This document shows, piece by piece, positions 42,537 through 51,674 of a DNA stretch of 64,000 nucleotides. Made by a program: the position numbers and the translations under genes. Source of the DNA: Reyranellaceae bacterium (GTDB lineage Bacteria > Pseudomonadota > Alphaproteobacteria > Reyranellales > JAQSWP01); assembly GCA_050181585.1 (NCBI GenBank), contig JBFXDA010000003.1, positions 80,607 to 144,606 on the forward strand. The letters are read 5' to 3'. The notes beneath the pieces are model-generated. The model had not been told where the DNA came from and did not search any database. It saw only the letters and a program-made list of their open reading frames with translations. Positions within the stretch are counted from its first letter, which is position 1. Each line of letters begins with the position of its first letter.

Positions 42537-42550
42537 TGAACGTTCGTTCA
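42537..42550. promoter_or_regulatory. candidate TetR operator TGAACG-TT-CGTTCA upstream of the D-aminoacylase-tetR operon
   Basis: Perfect 6-2-6 inverted repeat in an AT-rich stretch, 22 nt before the ATG at 42572. TTGACT lies 12 nt upstream of the repeat. Confidence 0.4.
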
Positions 42551-42571
42551 GTCAGAATTCGGGAGGACGTC

Positions 42572-44299
42572 ATGCGGTTCGACAGGATCATCAAGGGTGG
42601 CACGATCATCGATGGTCAGCGCCTGCCGCGCTTCAAGGCGGATATCGGCATCAGGAACGGCATCATCGCCGAGATCGGCCATCTCGATCCGGCCGACGCG
42701 CCGGAGGTCATCGACGCCACCGGGCTGATCGTGGCGCCGGGCTTCATCGACCTGCACACGCATTACGATGCGCAGCTGTTCTGGGACCCGTACTGCACGC
42801 TCTCGTCGTGGCACGGCATCACCTCGGTGGTGATCGGCAATTGCGGCTTCGGCTTCGCGCCGGTGAAGCCGGAGATGCGCGAGCGCTCGATGCTGTCGAT
42901 GACGCGGGTGGAAGCCATTCCGCTGGCCTCGATGCAGGCGGGCATGCCGTGGGACTGGGTGACCTTCCCCGAGTTCCTCGACAGCGTCGAGCGCGCGCCC
43001 AAGGCGATGAACATCCTGCCCTATATGCCGATCGGGCCGCTGCTGATCTGGGTCATGGGCTTCGAGGCGGCCAAGGCCGGCAAGCGGCCGACCGACGCCG
43101 AGCATGCCGAGATGGTACGACTGTTGAACGAGGCCATGGATGCGGGCGCCTGCGGCTGGTCGGCGCAGCGCATGCTGCCCTCCGGTCCCGCCGCCGTGCA
43201 GCGCGACTTCGACGGCACGCCGATGCCGACCGACGTGATGCACGACGACACCTGCCGCGAATTCGCCAAGGTGCTGCGCCGGCGCAACGAGGGCTTCATG
43301 CAGATGCTGCTGGTGTCGGGCGACAACGCCGCCGACCAGCGCTTCTACGAGGAGATGGCGGAGATCGCCGGCCGGCCCATGATCATGAACGTGGTGCAGG
43401 CCTTCGACGCGCGGCCCGAAATCCATCGCCGCGTGCTGGCGTGGCTGAAATCCTGCCGCGAGCGCGGCATCCGCGTCGTCGGCCAGGGGCTAACCACCGA
43501 TGCTGGTTTCACCTTCACTTTCGAGAACTGGAACCTGTTCGACGACTCGCCGCCGTGGCTGGACGCCACCACCGGCACGCTGGCGGAGCGCAAGGCCAAG
43601 CTGGGCGATCCCGCCCGGCGCAAGGCGCTGCGCGAGCAGCTTCCCATCACCGCCACCGGCCCGCTGCCGGGCATCGTCATCGTCGGCCCGCAGCTCGAGA
43701 AGAACAAGCAGTGGCTGGACCACACGCTGGCGCTGGCGGGGCAGAAGATGGGCAAGCATCCGGTCGACGTGATGCTGGACATGGCGGTGGAGGAGGATCT
43801 GAAGACCGAGTTCTTCGCCGCCCCGCCCAACGGCAACATCGACTATCTGCGCGAGATCGTGGCCGATCCCTACGTGCTGTTCGGCGTGTCGGACGGCGGC
43901 GCGCATACCAAGTTCCTGACCGCCGGGCGCTATCCGACCGAGACGCTGTGCAAGGTGGTGCGCCAGCACAACATGATCAGCCTGGAGGAGGCGCATTGGC
44001 GGCTGTCGGCGCTGCCGGCGCAGGTGGCGGGCTTCACCGGGCGCGGCGTGCTGGCCAAGGGCGCGCCGGCCGACATCATCGTGTATGATTTCGACGATCT
44101 CGCCGTGCTGGGCGAGGAGATCGTGCACGATCTGCCCGGCGGCGAGTGGCGGCGCATCCAGCGCGCCCGGGGGTATCGCTACGTGCTGATCAACGGCGAG
44201 GTGACGATCGAGAACGACCGGCAGACCGGCCGCCATCCCGGCCTGCTGCTGCGCCACGGCACCGGCGTGCGCGCCGCGCAACGGCAGGCGGCGGAGTGA
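42572..44299 (+). CDS. N-acyl-D-amino-acid deacylase (D-aminoacylase) family amidohydrolase
   Basis: MRFDRIIKGGTIIDG...GLIVAPGFIDLHTHYD...GITSVVIGNCG pattern of D-aminoacylases. 575 aa. Confidence 0.8.
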   Translation: MRFDRIIKGGTIIDGQRLPRFKADIGIRNGIIAEIGHLDPADAPEVIDATGLIVAPGFIDLHTHYDAQLFWDPYCTLSSWHGITSVVIGNCGFGFAPVKPEMRERSMLSMTRVEAIPLASMQAGMPWDWVTFPEFLDSVERAPKAMNILPYMPIGPLLIWVMGFEAAKAGKRPTDAEHAEMVRLLNEAMDAGACGWSAQRMLPSGPAAVQRDFDGTPMPTDVMHDDTCREFAKVLRRRNEGFMQMLLVSGDNAADQRFYEEMAEIAGRPMIMNVVQAFDARPEIHRRVLAWLKSCRERGIRVVGQGLTTDAGFTFTFENWNLFDDSPPWLDATTGTLAERKAKLGDPARRKALREQLPITATGPLPGIVIVGPQLEKNKQWLDHTLALAGQKMGKHPVDVMLDMAVEEDLKTEFFAAPPNGNIDYLREIVADPYVLFGVSDGGAHTKFLTAGRYPTETLCKVVRQHNMISLEEAHWRLSALPAQVAGFTGRGVLAKGAPADIIVYDFDDLAVLGEEIVHDLPGGEWRRIQRARGYRYVLINGEVTIENDRQTGRHPGLLLRHGTGVRAAQRQAAE

Positions 44300-44306
44300 G
44301 CCGGCG

Positions 44307-44921
44307 GTGAACGCCCCGGCCAAACCCGCGCCGCGGGCGGACGCTTCGGCCAGCCAGGAGGCAGTTCTCCAGGTGGCGCTGAAATGCTTCGTCGAGCAGG
44401 GCTTCCACGGCACCTCGATGCGCGACATCGCCGGCCGCGCCGGCACCTCGATCGCGGCCATCTACTATCACTTCCCGTCCAAGGCCGCCCTGCTGCGGGC
44501 CATCATGACGCGGGTGACGGAAGACCTGCTGGCGGTGCTGCAGCAGGCCCGTTCGGGCTTGAAGGACAAGGACGATCCGGCCTCGCTGCTGGCCGCGCTG
44601 GTGCGCGCCTATGTGCGCTTCCACACCGAGCATCGCGAAGAGGCCTTCGTGGGAAACTCGGAACTGCGCAGCCTGGGAGCGGAGGATCTGGCGCATGTCA
44701 TCGCCCTGCGCGACGAAGTCAGCGCGCAGTTCAACGACGCCATCGCGCTCGGCCTCGACCGGGGTGCGTTCGCCTGCGCCTACCCGCGCGAGGCGGGGCT
44801 GGCCGTGCTGACCATGTGTACGGCGGTAGCGAACTGGTACCGGCCGGGCGGCCCGGCCTCGCCGGAGCAGATCGCCGATCGTTACGCGGCGCTGGCGCTG
44901 GCGATGGTAGGTGCCCGCTAA
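44307..44921 (+). CDS. TetR-family transcriptional regulator
   Basis: GTG start 7 nt after the deacylase stop. HTH LKCFVEQGFHGTSMRDIAGRAGTSIAAIYYHFPSK. Confidence 0.85.
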   Translation: MNAPAKPAPRADASASQEAVLQVALKCFVEQGFHGTSMRDIAGRAGTSIAAIYYHFPSKAALLRAIMTRVTEDLLAVLQQARSGLKDKDDPASLLAALVRAYVRFHTEHREEAFVGNSELRSLGAEDLAHVIALRDEVSAQFNDAIALGLDRGAFACAYPREAGLAVLTMCTAVANWYRPGGPASPEQIADRYAALALAMVGAR

Positions 44922-44934
44922 ACGTTAAAGGGAT

Positions 44935-44996
44935 AGAGCGGATTCACACGATCGTACGGAAGCGTCTGCGCTTCCCGTCCGATCGTGATCCGCTCT
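44935..44996. terminator. long imperfect hairpin between convergent genes (putative bidirectional terminator)
   Basis: agagcggat(tca)cacgatcgtacgg ... ccgtccgatcgtgatccgctct with an inner ggaagcg/cgcttcc stem. Overlaps the stop of the PRC-barrel gene. Confidence 0.45.
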
Positions 44997-45513
44997 AGAA
45001 TTTCTTGGCCGGCCGCTGGTAGGGCGGCAAGGCGCGCAGGCCGTCCTTGGTCGCGTCGATCAGGCGCACGTCCTTGCCCGCCATGCTGAGCTGCGCCATC
45101 GCCACCACCACCTGGCGCGCGCCGACGCCGAGAAACCCGCCGATATCCAGCACCACGCCCGCCACCTTGCCGTCGGGCGAGATCAGCAGCGCCTCGACCG
45201 TGCCGATGCTCTCGTTGCGTTCGTTGCGCACGCTGGCGCCGATCAGGTCGTCGCTGTGCAGGGCGGTGGCGATGGCCGCCGAGTCGACCTCCGCTCCCGG
45301 CCGCGGGGCGGGAACGCCGCCGGGATTTTCCGCCCGCGCCGGTTCGCCCGGCCGCGTTTCGGCCGGCGCGCGCAGGCCCGGGGTCTGATTGGTGGCCGGC
45401 GGGACGGTCGTGGGCGGCTGTTGCGGTGCGGAAGGGGCATTGCCTTGCTGCGCTGCGGCCGCTGCCGCGACGAGCGCCGCCGCCATCACGCCGTGGACGA
45501 AGTGTCGAAGCAT
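44995..45513 (-). CDS. exported PRC-barrel-domain protein
   Basis: Signal-like N-terminus, a Pro-rich linker, then LIGASVRNERNESIGTVEALLISPDGKVAGVVLDIGGFLGVGARQVVV, a typical PRC-barrel. Confidence 0.65.
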   Translation of the reverse strand: MLRHFVHGVMAAALVAAAAAAQQGNAPSAPQQPPTTVPPATNQTPGLRAPAETRPGEPARAENPGGVPAPRPGAEVDSAAIATALHSDDLIGASVRNERNESIGTVEALLISPDGKVAGVVLDIGGFLGVGARQVVVAMAQLSMAGKDVRLIDATKDGLRALPPYQRPAKKF

Positions 45514-45644
45514 TCCTGTCCCTCCACTTTTGGGGCCCGACCGCCGGTCGGCCGCTGTGACTTTTTGCTAACCTGCGGCAGAACGCGAGGTTCCGGCCGT
45601 TCGCGACAGGCGATCGGGAACTTTTTCGAAGGGGGAGACGGGCA

Positions 45645-46073
45645 ATGGCGAACAAACTCACTCTGGCGGTGGCTCAGGCGGTGGTGGATGCGATCCTTGC
45701 CGCGGCGGCGGAGCGCAAGGTCGTTATGGCGGCGGCCGTCGCTGATGCCGGCGGCGAGCTCGTGTGCCTGAAGCGGATGGATGGCGGCACGGCGCTCAAC
45801 TCGCGCATGGCCTTCAACAAGGCCTATACGGCGGTTAAGTGGCAGCGCGACACCAAAACGCTGAAAGAGCGCATGTTCGACATGAATTTGGGCGACGAGC
45901 GGCGCGAGATGGCATGGTTCGGCGATCTGCGCTTCACGCCGGTCTGGGGCGGCATCGTGCTGCGCGCGGACGACGGCACCGTGCTGGGGGCGCTGGGCGA
46001 AAGCGGCGGCACGCCGGCGCAGGACGAGGAAGCGGGCCAGATCGGCGCCCGTGCCTTCGCGGCATTCAAGTGA
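45645..46073 (+). CDS. GlcG/HbpS-like (DUF336) heme-binding-type protein
   Basis: 142 aa. LTLAVAQAVVDAILAAA...AVADAGGELV...AFNKAYTA...GGIVL...GALGESGG fits DUF336. Confidence 0.7.
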   Translation: MANKLTLAVAQAVVDAILAAAAERKVVMAAAVADAGGELVCLKRMDGGTALNSRMAFNKAYTAVKWQRDTKTLKERMFDMNLGDERREMAWFGDLRFTPVWGGIVLRADDGTVLGALGESGGTPAQDEEAGQIGARAFAAFK

Positions 46074-46224
46074 CGCGGTAAGGTTTTCGGGACTCCGTAT
46101 CGAGCCGCTGCCGGTCGCTGCACGCTTATACGGGTGCAGCGCGGGCGGTTTTCCGCGCTACGGTTGCAAATCCCGCTGGCGGGCCGCAGGATTGGCGGCA
46201 ACAAAAACCAACGGGAGGATATCG

Positions 46225-47484
46225 ATGCTGGCCAACAGACTGGCGAGTGCGGCGCTGCTTGCGTCGCTGGCCTTTGCGAGCGCACCGGCGCTGGCCCAGG
46301 GTTCCATCGCGGAGCAGGCGGGATTCGCCCCCGACCGGCTGGCGCGCATCAGCGAGACGCTGCAAGCCGACGTGGCCAAGGGCACGCTGCCTGGCGCCGT
46401 GGTGCTGATCCAGCGCCAGGGCAAGACGGCCTATTTCGAGGCCATGGGCGCGCTCGATCCGCAGACCAGGGCGCCGATGGAGAAGGATGCGATCTTCCGC
46501 ATCTATTCCATGACCAAGCCGCTGACCTCGGTGGCGGCGATGATGCTGGTCGAGCAAGGCAGAATGCAGCTCTCCGATCCGGTGGCGAAATACCTGCCGG
46601 CGTTCAAGGAGATGCAGGTCGGCACCGAGAAGCCAGGCGCCGACGGCAAGCCGGCGCTGGAGACGGCGCCGGCGAAACGGGCCATGACCGTCCAGGACCT
46701 GCTGCGCCACAGCTCGGGCCTGACTTACGGCTTCTTCGGCAATTCGCTGGTGAAGAAGAGCTATGCCAGCATCTTCGAGGGCGAGTTCGACAATGCCGAG
46801 CATGCCGCGCGCCTGGCCAAGCTGCCGCTGCATTACGAGCCGGGCACGATCTGGGACTATTCGCATTCGACCGACGTGCTGGGCGCGGTGGTCGAGGTCG
46901 TGGCCGGCAAGAAGCTGGACGCGGCCCTGAAGGAGATGCTGACCGAGCCGCTGGGCATGAAGGACACCGCCTTCTTCGTCGCCAATGCCGCCGACCACAA
47001 GCGCGTGGTCGAGCCGTTCGCCAACGACCGCAGCCTGGGAGGCGGCGTCGAGTTCTTCGATCCGCGCCAGCCGACCAAGTGGCTGTCGGGCGGCGGCGGC
47101 ATGGTGGGCACGGCGGGCGACTATGCGCGCTTCCTGCAGATGCTGCTGAACGGCGGTTCGCTCGACGGCAAGCGCTATCTCTCGCCGCAGACCGTGCGCT
47201 ACATGACGGCCGACCACATGGGCAGCCTGATCAAGCCCGGCCCGCTCTATCTGCCCGGTGCGGGCTACGGCTTCGGACTCGGCTTCGCGGTGCGGCTCTC
47301 CGACGGCGTGGTGCCCTATGCCGGCAGCGTCGGCGACTATTACTGGGGCGGCGCGGGCGGCACCTATTTCTGGGTCGATCCCAGGCAGGACATGTTCGTG
47401 GTGTTCATGATGCAATCGCCCAAGCAGCGGCTCTACTACCGCAGCCTGATCCGCGACATGGTGTATGCGGCGCTGGTGAAGTAG
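46225..47484 (+). CDS. exported beta-lactamase-fold serine hydrolase (EstB/class C-like)
   Basis: GGGAGGA RBS. Signal MLANRLASAALLASLAFASAPALA|QG. S-x-x-K IYSMTKP and a WDYSHS (Y-x-x) region. Confidence 0.8.
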   Translation: MLANRLASAALLASLAFASAPALAQGSIAEQAGFAPDRLARISETLQADVAKGTLPGAVVLIQRQGKTAYFEAMGALDPQTRAPMEKDAIFRIYSMTKPLTSVAAMMLVEQGRMQLSDPVAKYLPAFKEMQVGTEKPGADGKPALETAPAKRAMTVQDLLRHSSGLTYGFFGNSLVKKSYASIFEGEFDNAEHAARLAKLPLHYEPGTIWDYSHSTDVLGAVVEVVAGKKLDAALKEMLTEPLGMKDTAFFVANAADHKRVVEPFANDRSLGGGVEFFDPRQPTKWLSGGGGMVGTAGDYARFLQMLLNGGSLDGKRYLSPQTVRYMTADHMGSLIKPGPLYLPGAGYGFGLGFAVRLSDGVVPYAGSVGDYYWGGAGGTYFWVDPRQDMFVVFMMQSPKQRLYYRSLIRDMVYAALVK

Positions 47485-47494
47485 CGCAACGGGT

Positions 47495-47610
47495 CCTTCC
47501 CTCTCCTCGTTGTCACGGGGAGAGGTCGGGTGAGGGGCGTCGTCGTGAAGGGGAGCTTGCGGCATCGCCTGTGAAGCTCGTCCTTCGACGGGCTCAGGAC
47601 GAGGCGAGAA
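47495..47610. repeat. second copy of the GTCCTTCGA...CTCAGGAC-type intergenic repeat plus cctctcc/ggagagg hairpin
   Basis: ctcgtccttcgacgggctcaggacgagg resembles the inverted 8985-9024 motif. gggtgagggg resembles the family termini. Lies between convergent stops at 47484 and 47622. Confidence 0.5.
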
Positions 47611-47621
47611 CGAGACGGTGG

Positions 47622-48689
47622 CTACTTCATCCGCACCGGCTCCAGTTCCTCGTCGGGTGGCGTCAGGCCGCCCTGGCGGATGCGGGTGGCGGCATTGAGC
47701 ACGGCACGGGCGATGTTGCGCACTTCGCCGAAGATCGGCTGGTCGGCGTCCAGGCTGTCGTGGCTGGTGGCGTAGGGCTTGAAGTAGCCGATATAGCGGT
47801 CGAGCTGGGATTGCGGGCCGGCGCGGCGCAAGCCCATCCAGTCCAGCCACTCCGACAGCGAGCGGCGCACATGCTCGGCCCCCACCACGTCGCCATGCAC
47901 GAATAGCCCGTAGGCGCGGCCGGCCAAATGCTTGGGATAGTCCCAGTCCGCCTCCAGCGCCTTGGCTTTCTCCGCGTCCTTGCCGTGCGTGGCGGTGGGA
48001 TCGGGGTTGCCGCCATCGGCGCAGACCAGCCGGTCGATCATCAGCTTCAGGGCGCTGGGCGACTGGTACCAGTGCACGGGGGTGAGGATGATGACGCCAT
48101 GCGCCTCGACCCATTTCTCGTAGATGTCGTTCATCCAGTCGTGGATCTGGTGCAGCGCGTGGTTGGGATAGCAGGAGCAGGGCCAGTGGCAGAGCGGCAT
48201 GGCGGTCGAGACGCAGCCCTTGCAGGGATGGATGGTGCGCCCGTATTCGCTGACGGCGAGCGACAGGTCGAGCAAATCGGCCACGGCGCCGTCCGCGGCG
48301 AGCTGCTCGCAGACGGTCTGCGCCAGCCGCCAGGTCTTGGACATTTCGCCGGGACAGGTGCCGTCGTTGCGCGGCGAGCCGCAGATCACCAGAATCCGGG
48401 TGCGCGTCTTGCCGTCGCCGTGCCGTTTCTGCGCGGCGACCAGCCGGTTGCGCGCGTCCAGCCAGTCGCGGGACAGATCGTAGCCGGGATCGGCGAAGCC
48501 GGCGCCGGCCTTCACGGTCCGGGGCGCCTTGCGGTTGTCCTGGAAATTGCTCCAGGCGATCCCTTCCAGGCGGGCAATGGCTTCGCTCTCGACCTCGAAG
48601 CGCGGATCGAAGAAGAGCTGGCGGAAGCGGCGGCCGAATTCGGCGCGGTCGAGCATGTCCGGCGCCTGGCCCTTGCGGGGTGAGGTCAT
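47622..48689 (-). CDS. flavodoxin-fold NAD(P)H-dependent FMN reductase-like protein with Cys cluster (iron-sulfur flavoprotein-like)
   Basis: Start at MTSPRKG (GGAGGAG RBS). ILVICGSPRNDGTCPGEMSKT flavodoxin-like P-loop. Cys cluster HPCKGCVSTAMPLCHWPCSC. Confidence 0.6.
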   Translation of the reverse strand: MTSPRKGQAPDMLDRAEFGRRFRQLFFDPRFEVESEAIARLEGIAWSNFQDNRKAPRTVKAGAGFADPGYDLSRDWLDARNRLVAAQKRHGDGKTRTRILVICGSPRNDGTCPGEMSKTWRLAQTVCEQLAADGAVADLLDLSLAVSEYGRTIHPCKGCVSTAMPLCHWPCSCYPNHALHQIHDWMNDIYEKWVEAHGVIILTPVHWYQSPSALKLMIDRLVCADGGNPDPTATHGKDAEKAKALEADWDYPKHLAGRAYGLFVHGDVVGAEHVRRSLSEWLDWMGLRRAGPQSQLDRYIGYFKPYATSHDSLDADQPIFGEVRNIARAVLNAATRIRQGGLTPPDEELEPVRMK

Positions 48690-48805
48690 GGGCTCCTCCG
48701 CCGCCTGCAACGCCCCGGGCCGCCGGCCGGTTCCCGGACGCCGCGACAAGTACTTGTTTTGGCTGGGTTCTGGCGCAAAGCCGCACGCGCCGGTATCATC
48801 GGTCC

Positions 48806-49123
48806 ATGGATTTCGCTACCCGCCTCGTGGACCAGCTCAATCCGCTCAGCGACGGCAACGTGGTGCTCTACTTCATCACGGTGTTCGTCTACGTCTACAC
48901 CTTCATCGCCATCTGGCTGGCGCGATACGCGGCCTGGCGGCTGTTTTGCCTGGTGTTCAACCAGATCTTCTCCTTCGGCGTCTTCTCGTCGTGGGCGACG
49001 GCGATGGTCATCACCTACGCCTACTGGCGCTATGCGCTGGCGATGGCGGTGTTCGCGCTGCTCTGCGGGCTGGTGCCGGTCATCCTGCGGCGACGGCGCG
49101 AACGGCCGGTGTGGCCGCGCTGA
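48806..49123 (+). CDS. small integral membrane protein (about 3 TM, unknown function)
   Basis: 105 aa from MDFATRLVDQL. Very high GC3 by hand count. Hydrophobic segments VVLYFITVFVYVYTFIAIWL, IFSFGVFSSWATAMVITYAYW and AMAVFALLCGLVPVIL. Confidence 0.55.
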   Translation: MDFATRLVDQLNPLSDGNVVLYFITVFVYVYTFIAIWLARYAAWRLFCLVFNQIFSFGVFSSWATAMVITYAYWRYALAMAVFALLCGLVPVILRRRRERPVWPR

Positions 49124-49124
49124 G

Positions 49125-50129
49125 CTAGTGGCGCGGCGGGGCGGCCAGGTAGTGGATGGAGAAGAGGTCGCTGGCGTCGGTCCACCAGGCCTGCGGGCGG
49201 AAGCCGGCGGCGCGCGCCAGGGCCTGGAACTGCGCGATGTCGTATTTGTAGGAATACTCCGAATGCAGCCGCTCGCCCGTCCTGAAGCGGAAGCGGTGGC
49301 CGGCGACGGCGACGGTCTGGTCGTGCAGGGATTCGATGTAGATCTCGATACGGCCCTCGGCCTCGTTGTAGAAGGCGACGTAGCGGAAGCGGTCGGGATC
49401 GAAATCGGCGTCCAGCTCGCGGTTCATACGCGCCAGCAGATTCATGATGAAGGCCTCGGTCACGCCGGCGGCATCGTTGTAGGCGGCGTCGAGAACGGCC
49501 TTGTCTTTTTTGCGGTCGACGCCGATCAGCATGCCGCCGCCCTGCAGGCTCCGGGAGGCGGCGCGCAGGAAGGCGGCGGCGTCCTGCGGCGTGAAATTGC
49601 CGATGGTGGAGCCGGGGAAGAAGCCGACGCGGCGGCCGTTGGGCGCGTCGGGCAGGGGCAACGGGCTGTTGTAGTCGGCGCAGATGCCGGTGACGGCCAG
49701 ATCGGGATGGCGCGTGGCCAGCCGCGCCGTGGCTTCCATGAGCTGTTCGCGCGAAATGTCGACCGCGACATAGGCTTCCGGATTCTCCAGCGCGGCCAGC
49801 AGCATTTCGATCTTCTCGCCGGCGCCGGAGCCGTATTCGACCAGATGCGCGCTGGGGCCGATCAGCCGCGCCATTTCCGGCGATTTCTCCCGCAGCAGCG
49901 CCATTTCCGTGCGGGTCGGGTAGTACTCGGGCTGCTCGCAGATGCGCTCGAACAGCTCCGCGCCGCGCGCATCGTAGAGGAACTTGGGCGAGATCGCCTT
50001 CTGCGGCAGCGACAGGCCCTTGAGGACGGCATCGCGGAACGATTCCTGGCCCGGCGCCAGATCGACGATGCCACGCGCGGCGGGGGACGGGGTGTGTTGG
50101 TGGCGATGGTCGAGCGGCATGTCAGGCAT
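49125..50129 (-). CDS. egtD: L-histidine N-alpha-methyltransferase
   Basis: PKFLYDARGAELFERICEQPEYYPTRTE...LVEYGSGAGEKI...FFPGSTIGNF...SYKYD pattern of EgtD. The start overlaps the egtB stop (ATGCCTGA); an alternative ATG is at 50120. Confidence 0.85.
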   Translation of the reverse strand: MPDMPLDHRHQHTPSPAARGIVDLAPGQESFRDAVLKGLSLPQKAISPKFLYDARGAELFERICEQPEYYPTRTEMALLREKSPEMARLIGPSAHLVEYGSGAGEKIEMLLAALENPEAYVAVDISREQLMEATARLATRHPDLAVTGICADYNSPLPLPDAPNGRRVGFFPGSTIGNFTPQDAAAFLRAASRSLQGGGMLIGVDRKKDKAVLDAAYNDAAGVTEAFIMNLLARMNRELDADFDPDRFRYVAFYNEAEGRIEIYIESLHDQTVAVAGHRFRFRTGERLHSEYSYKYDIAQFQALARAAGFRPQAWWTDASDLFSIHYLAAPPRH

Positions 50130-51423
50130 CCTCTGCCAGGCGCAGGCCGGAGAACTGCCAGCGCGCATCGGGCGGAAAGAAATTGCGATAGGTGGCGCGG
50201 ATATGGTCGGCCGGCGTGGCGCAGGAGCCGCCGCGCAGCACCATCTGGCCCGACATGAACTTGCCGTTGTATTCGCCGATCGCGCCTTCGGCCGGCCGGA
50301 AGCCGGGATAGGGCAGGTAGGCCGACCGCGTCCATTCCCACACGTCGCCGAACATCTGGCGCAGCCCGGGCGCGTGACGGTTGGGATCGGCCTGCGGGTG
50401 CAGGCGGTCGCTGTCGAGGAAATTGCCTTCGTCGGCCGCCACGGCGGCGGCGGCGATTTCCCACTCGGCTTCCGAGGGCAGCCGCTTGCCGGCCCAGGCG
50501 GCATAGGCGTCGGCCTCGTAATAAGAGAGGTGCGAGACCGGCTCGCGCTCGTCGATGCGCCGTTCGCCGGAGAGGGTGCGGATGGTCCAGTGCTGGCCGT
50601 CGCGCCGCCAGTAGAGCGGCGCCTGCCAGTCGCGCGCATTGACGGCCGCCCAGCCGTCCGACAGCCAGAATTCCGCCCGCCGGTAGCCGCCATCGGCGAT
50701 GAAGGCGGCGTATTCGCCGCAGCTCACCGGCCGCGACGCCAGGCGGAACGCTTCGACATAGGTTCGGTGCCGAGGCGACTCGTTGTCGAAAGCGAAGCCG
50801 TCGCCGCCATGGCCGATTTCCATGAGCCCGCCCGAGAACTCGACGAAATCCATCGCCGCGACGCCCGAAGGCGCGGGGCGCAAGGCGGGCCGGATCGCGG
50901 GCATGACGTGCTGGCCGGCCAGGACATGCTTGATGTCGGTGACGATCAGCTCCTGGTGCTGCTGCTCGTGGTTCAGCCCCAGCTCGATCAGCGGTGCGAT
51001 CCTGGCCAGCGTCGCCTCGTCGGCGGCGGCGATCAGGACCGCCATCGCCTCGTCGACATGGGCGCGGTAGCGCAGGATCTGGCGCGCGGTGGGGCGGGAG
51101 AGCATGCCGCGCGCGATGCGCGGATGGCGCGGGCCGACCGCCTCGTAATAGGAATTGAAAAGATAGCGGTAGGTATCGTCGAAATGCCGGTAGCGCGCGG
51201 CGAAAGCTTCGAGCAGGAAGGTCTCGAAGAACCAGGAGGTGTGGGCCAGATGCCATTTGGTCGGCGACACGTCGGGCATGGACTGGATGACCATGTCCTC
51301 CGGCTCCAGCCCCTCGATCAGGCGCAAGGATTGGGCGCGCACGGCCGCATAACGCTGCGCCAGCGTCTTGCGGTCGGTGACGGACGCTGCTGACGCAGCG
51401 GGAGAGGAATGTCGTTCGGCCAT
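50122..51423 (-). CDS. egtB: ergothioneine biosynthesis sulfoxide synthase (hercynine oxygenase)
   Basis: DinB-like N-domain (SPTKWHLAHTSWFFE, LGLNHEQQHQELI) plus an FGE-sulfatase-like C-domain (GDVWEWT, RGGSCATP). Confidence 0.88.
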   Translation of the reverse strand: MAERHSSPAASAASVTDRKTLAQRYAAVRAQSLRLIEGLEPEDMVIQSMPDVSPTKWHLAHTSWFFETFLLEAFAARYRHFDDTYRYLFNSYYEAVGPRHPRIARGMLSRPTARQILRYRAHVDEAMAVLIAAADEATLARIAPLIELGLNHEQQHQELIVTDIKHVLAGQHVMPAIRPALRPAPSGVAAMDFVEFSGGLMEIGHGGDGFAFDNESPRHRTYVEAFRLASRPVSCGEYAAFIADGGYRRAEFWLSDGWAAVNARDWQAPLYWRRDGQHWTIRTLSGERRIDEREPVSHLSYYEADAYAAWAGKRLPSEAEWEIAAAAVAADEGNFLDSDRLHPQADPNRHAPGLRQMFGDVWEWTRSAYLPYPGFRPAEGAIGEYNGKFMSGQMVLRGGSCATPADHIRATYRNFFPPDARWQFSGLRLAEDA

Positions 51424-51674
51424 GGGGAACTATAGACCGAGCAACACCCCGGCAAACCGATTAGTTCCGCGATGTCTGCAAGGCTGGGCCGATTCTGCCG
51501 CGCATTGCCGGGCGATGACGCCGGCGTGACGGCGGTTTGACGGCGGAAAGTTGGGGTGGAGCGGTGAGGAGGCCCATTATGAAGGCGATGGGAAAGATGT
51601 GACCGTATCGGGATTTTCCCGTCAGCGATGGCGATGCGGCCGCCGCCAAGAACCGCGGATCGGATGCCTGGTCG

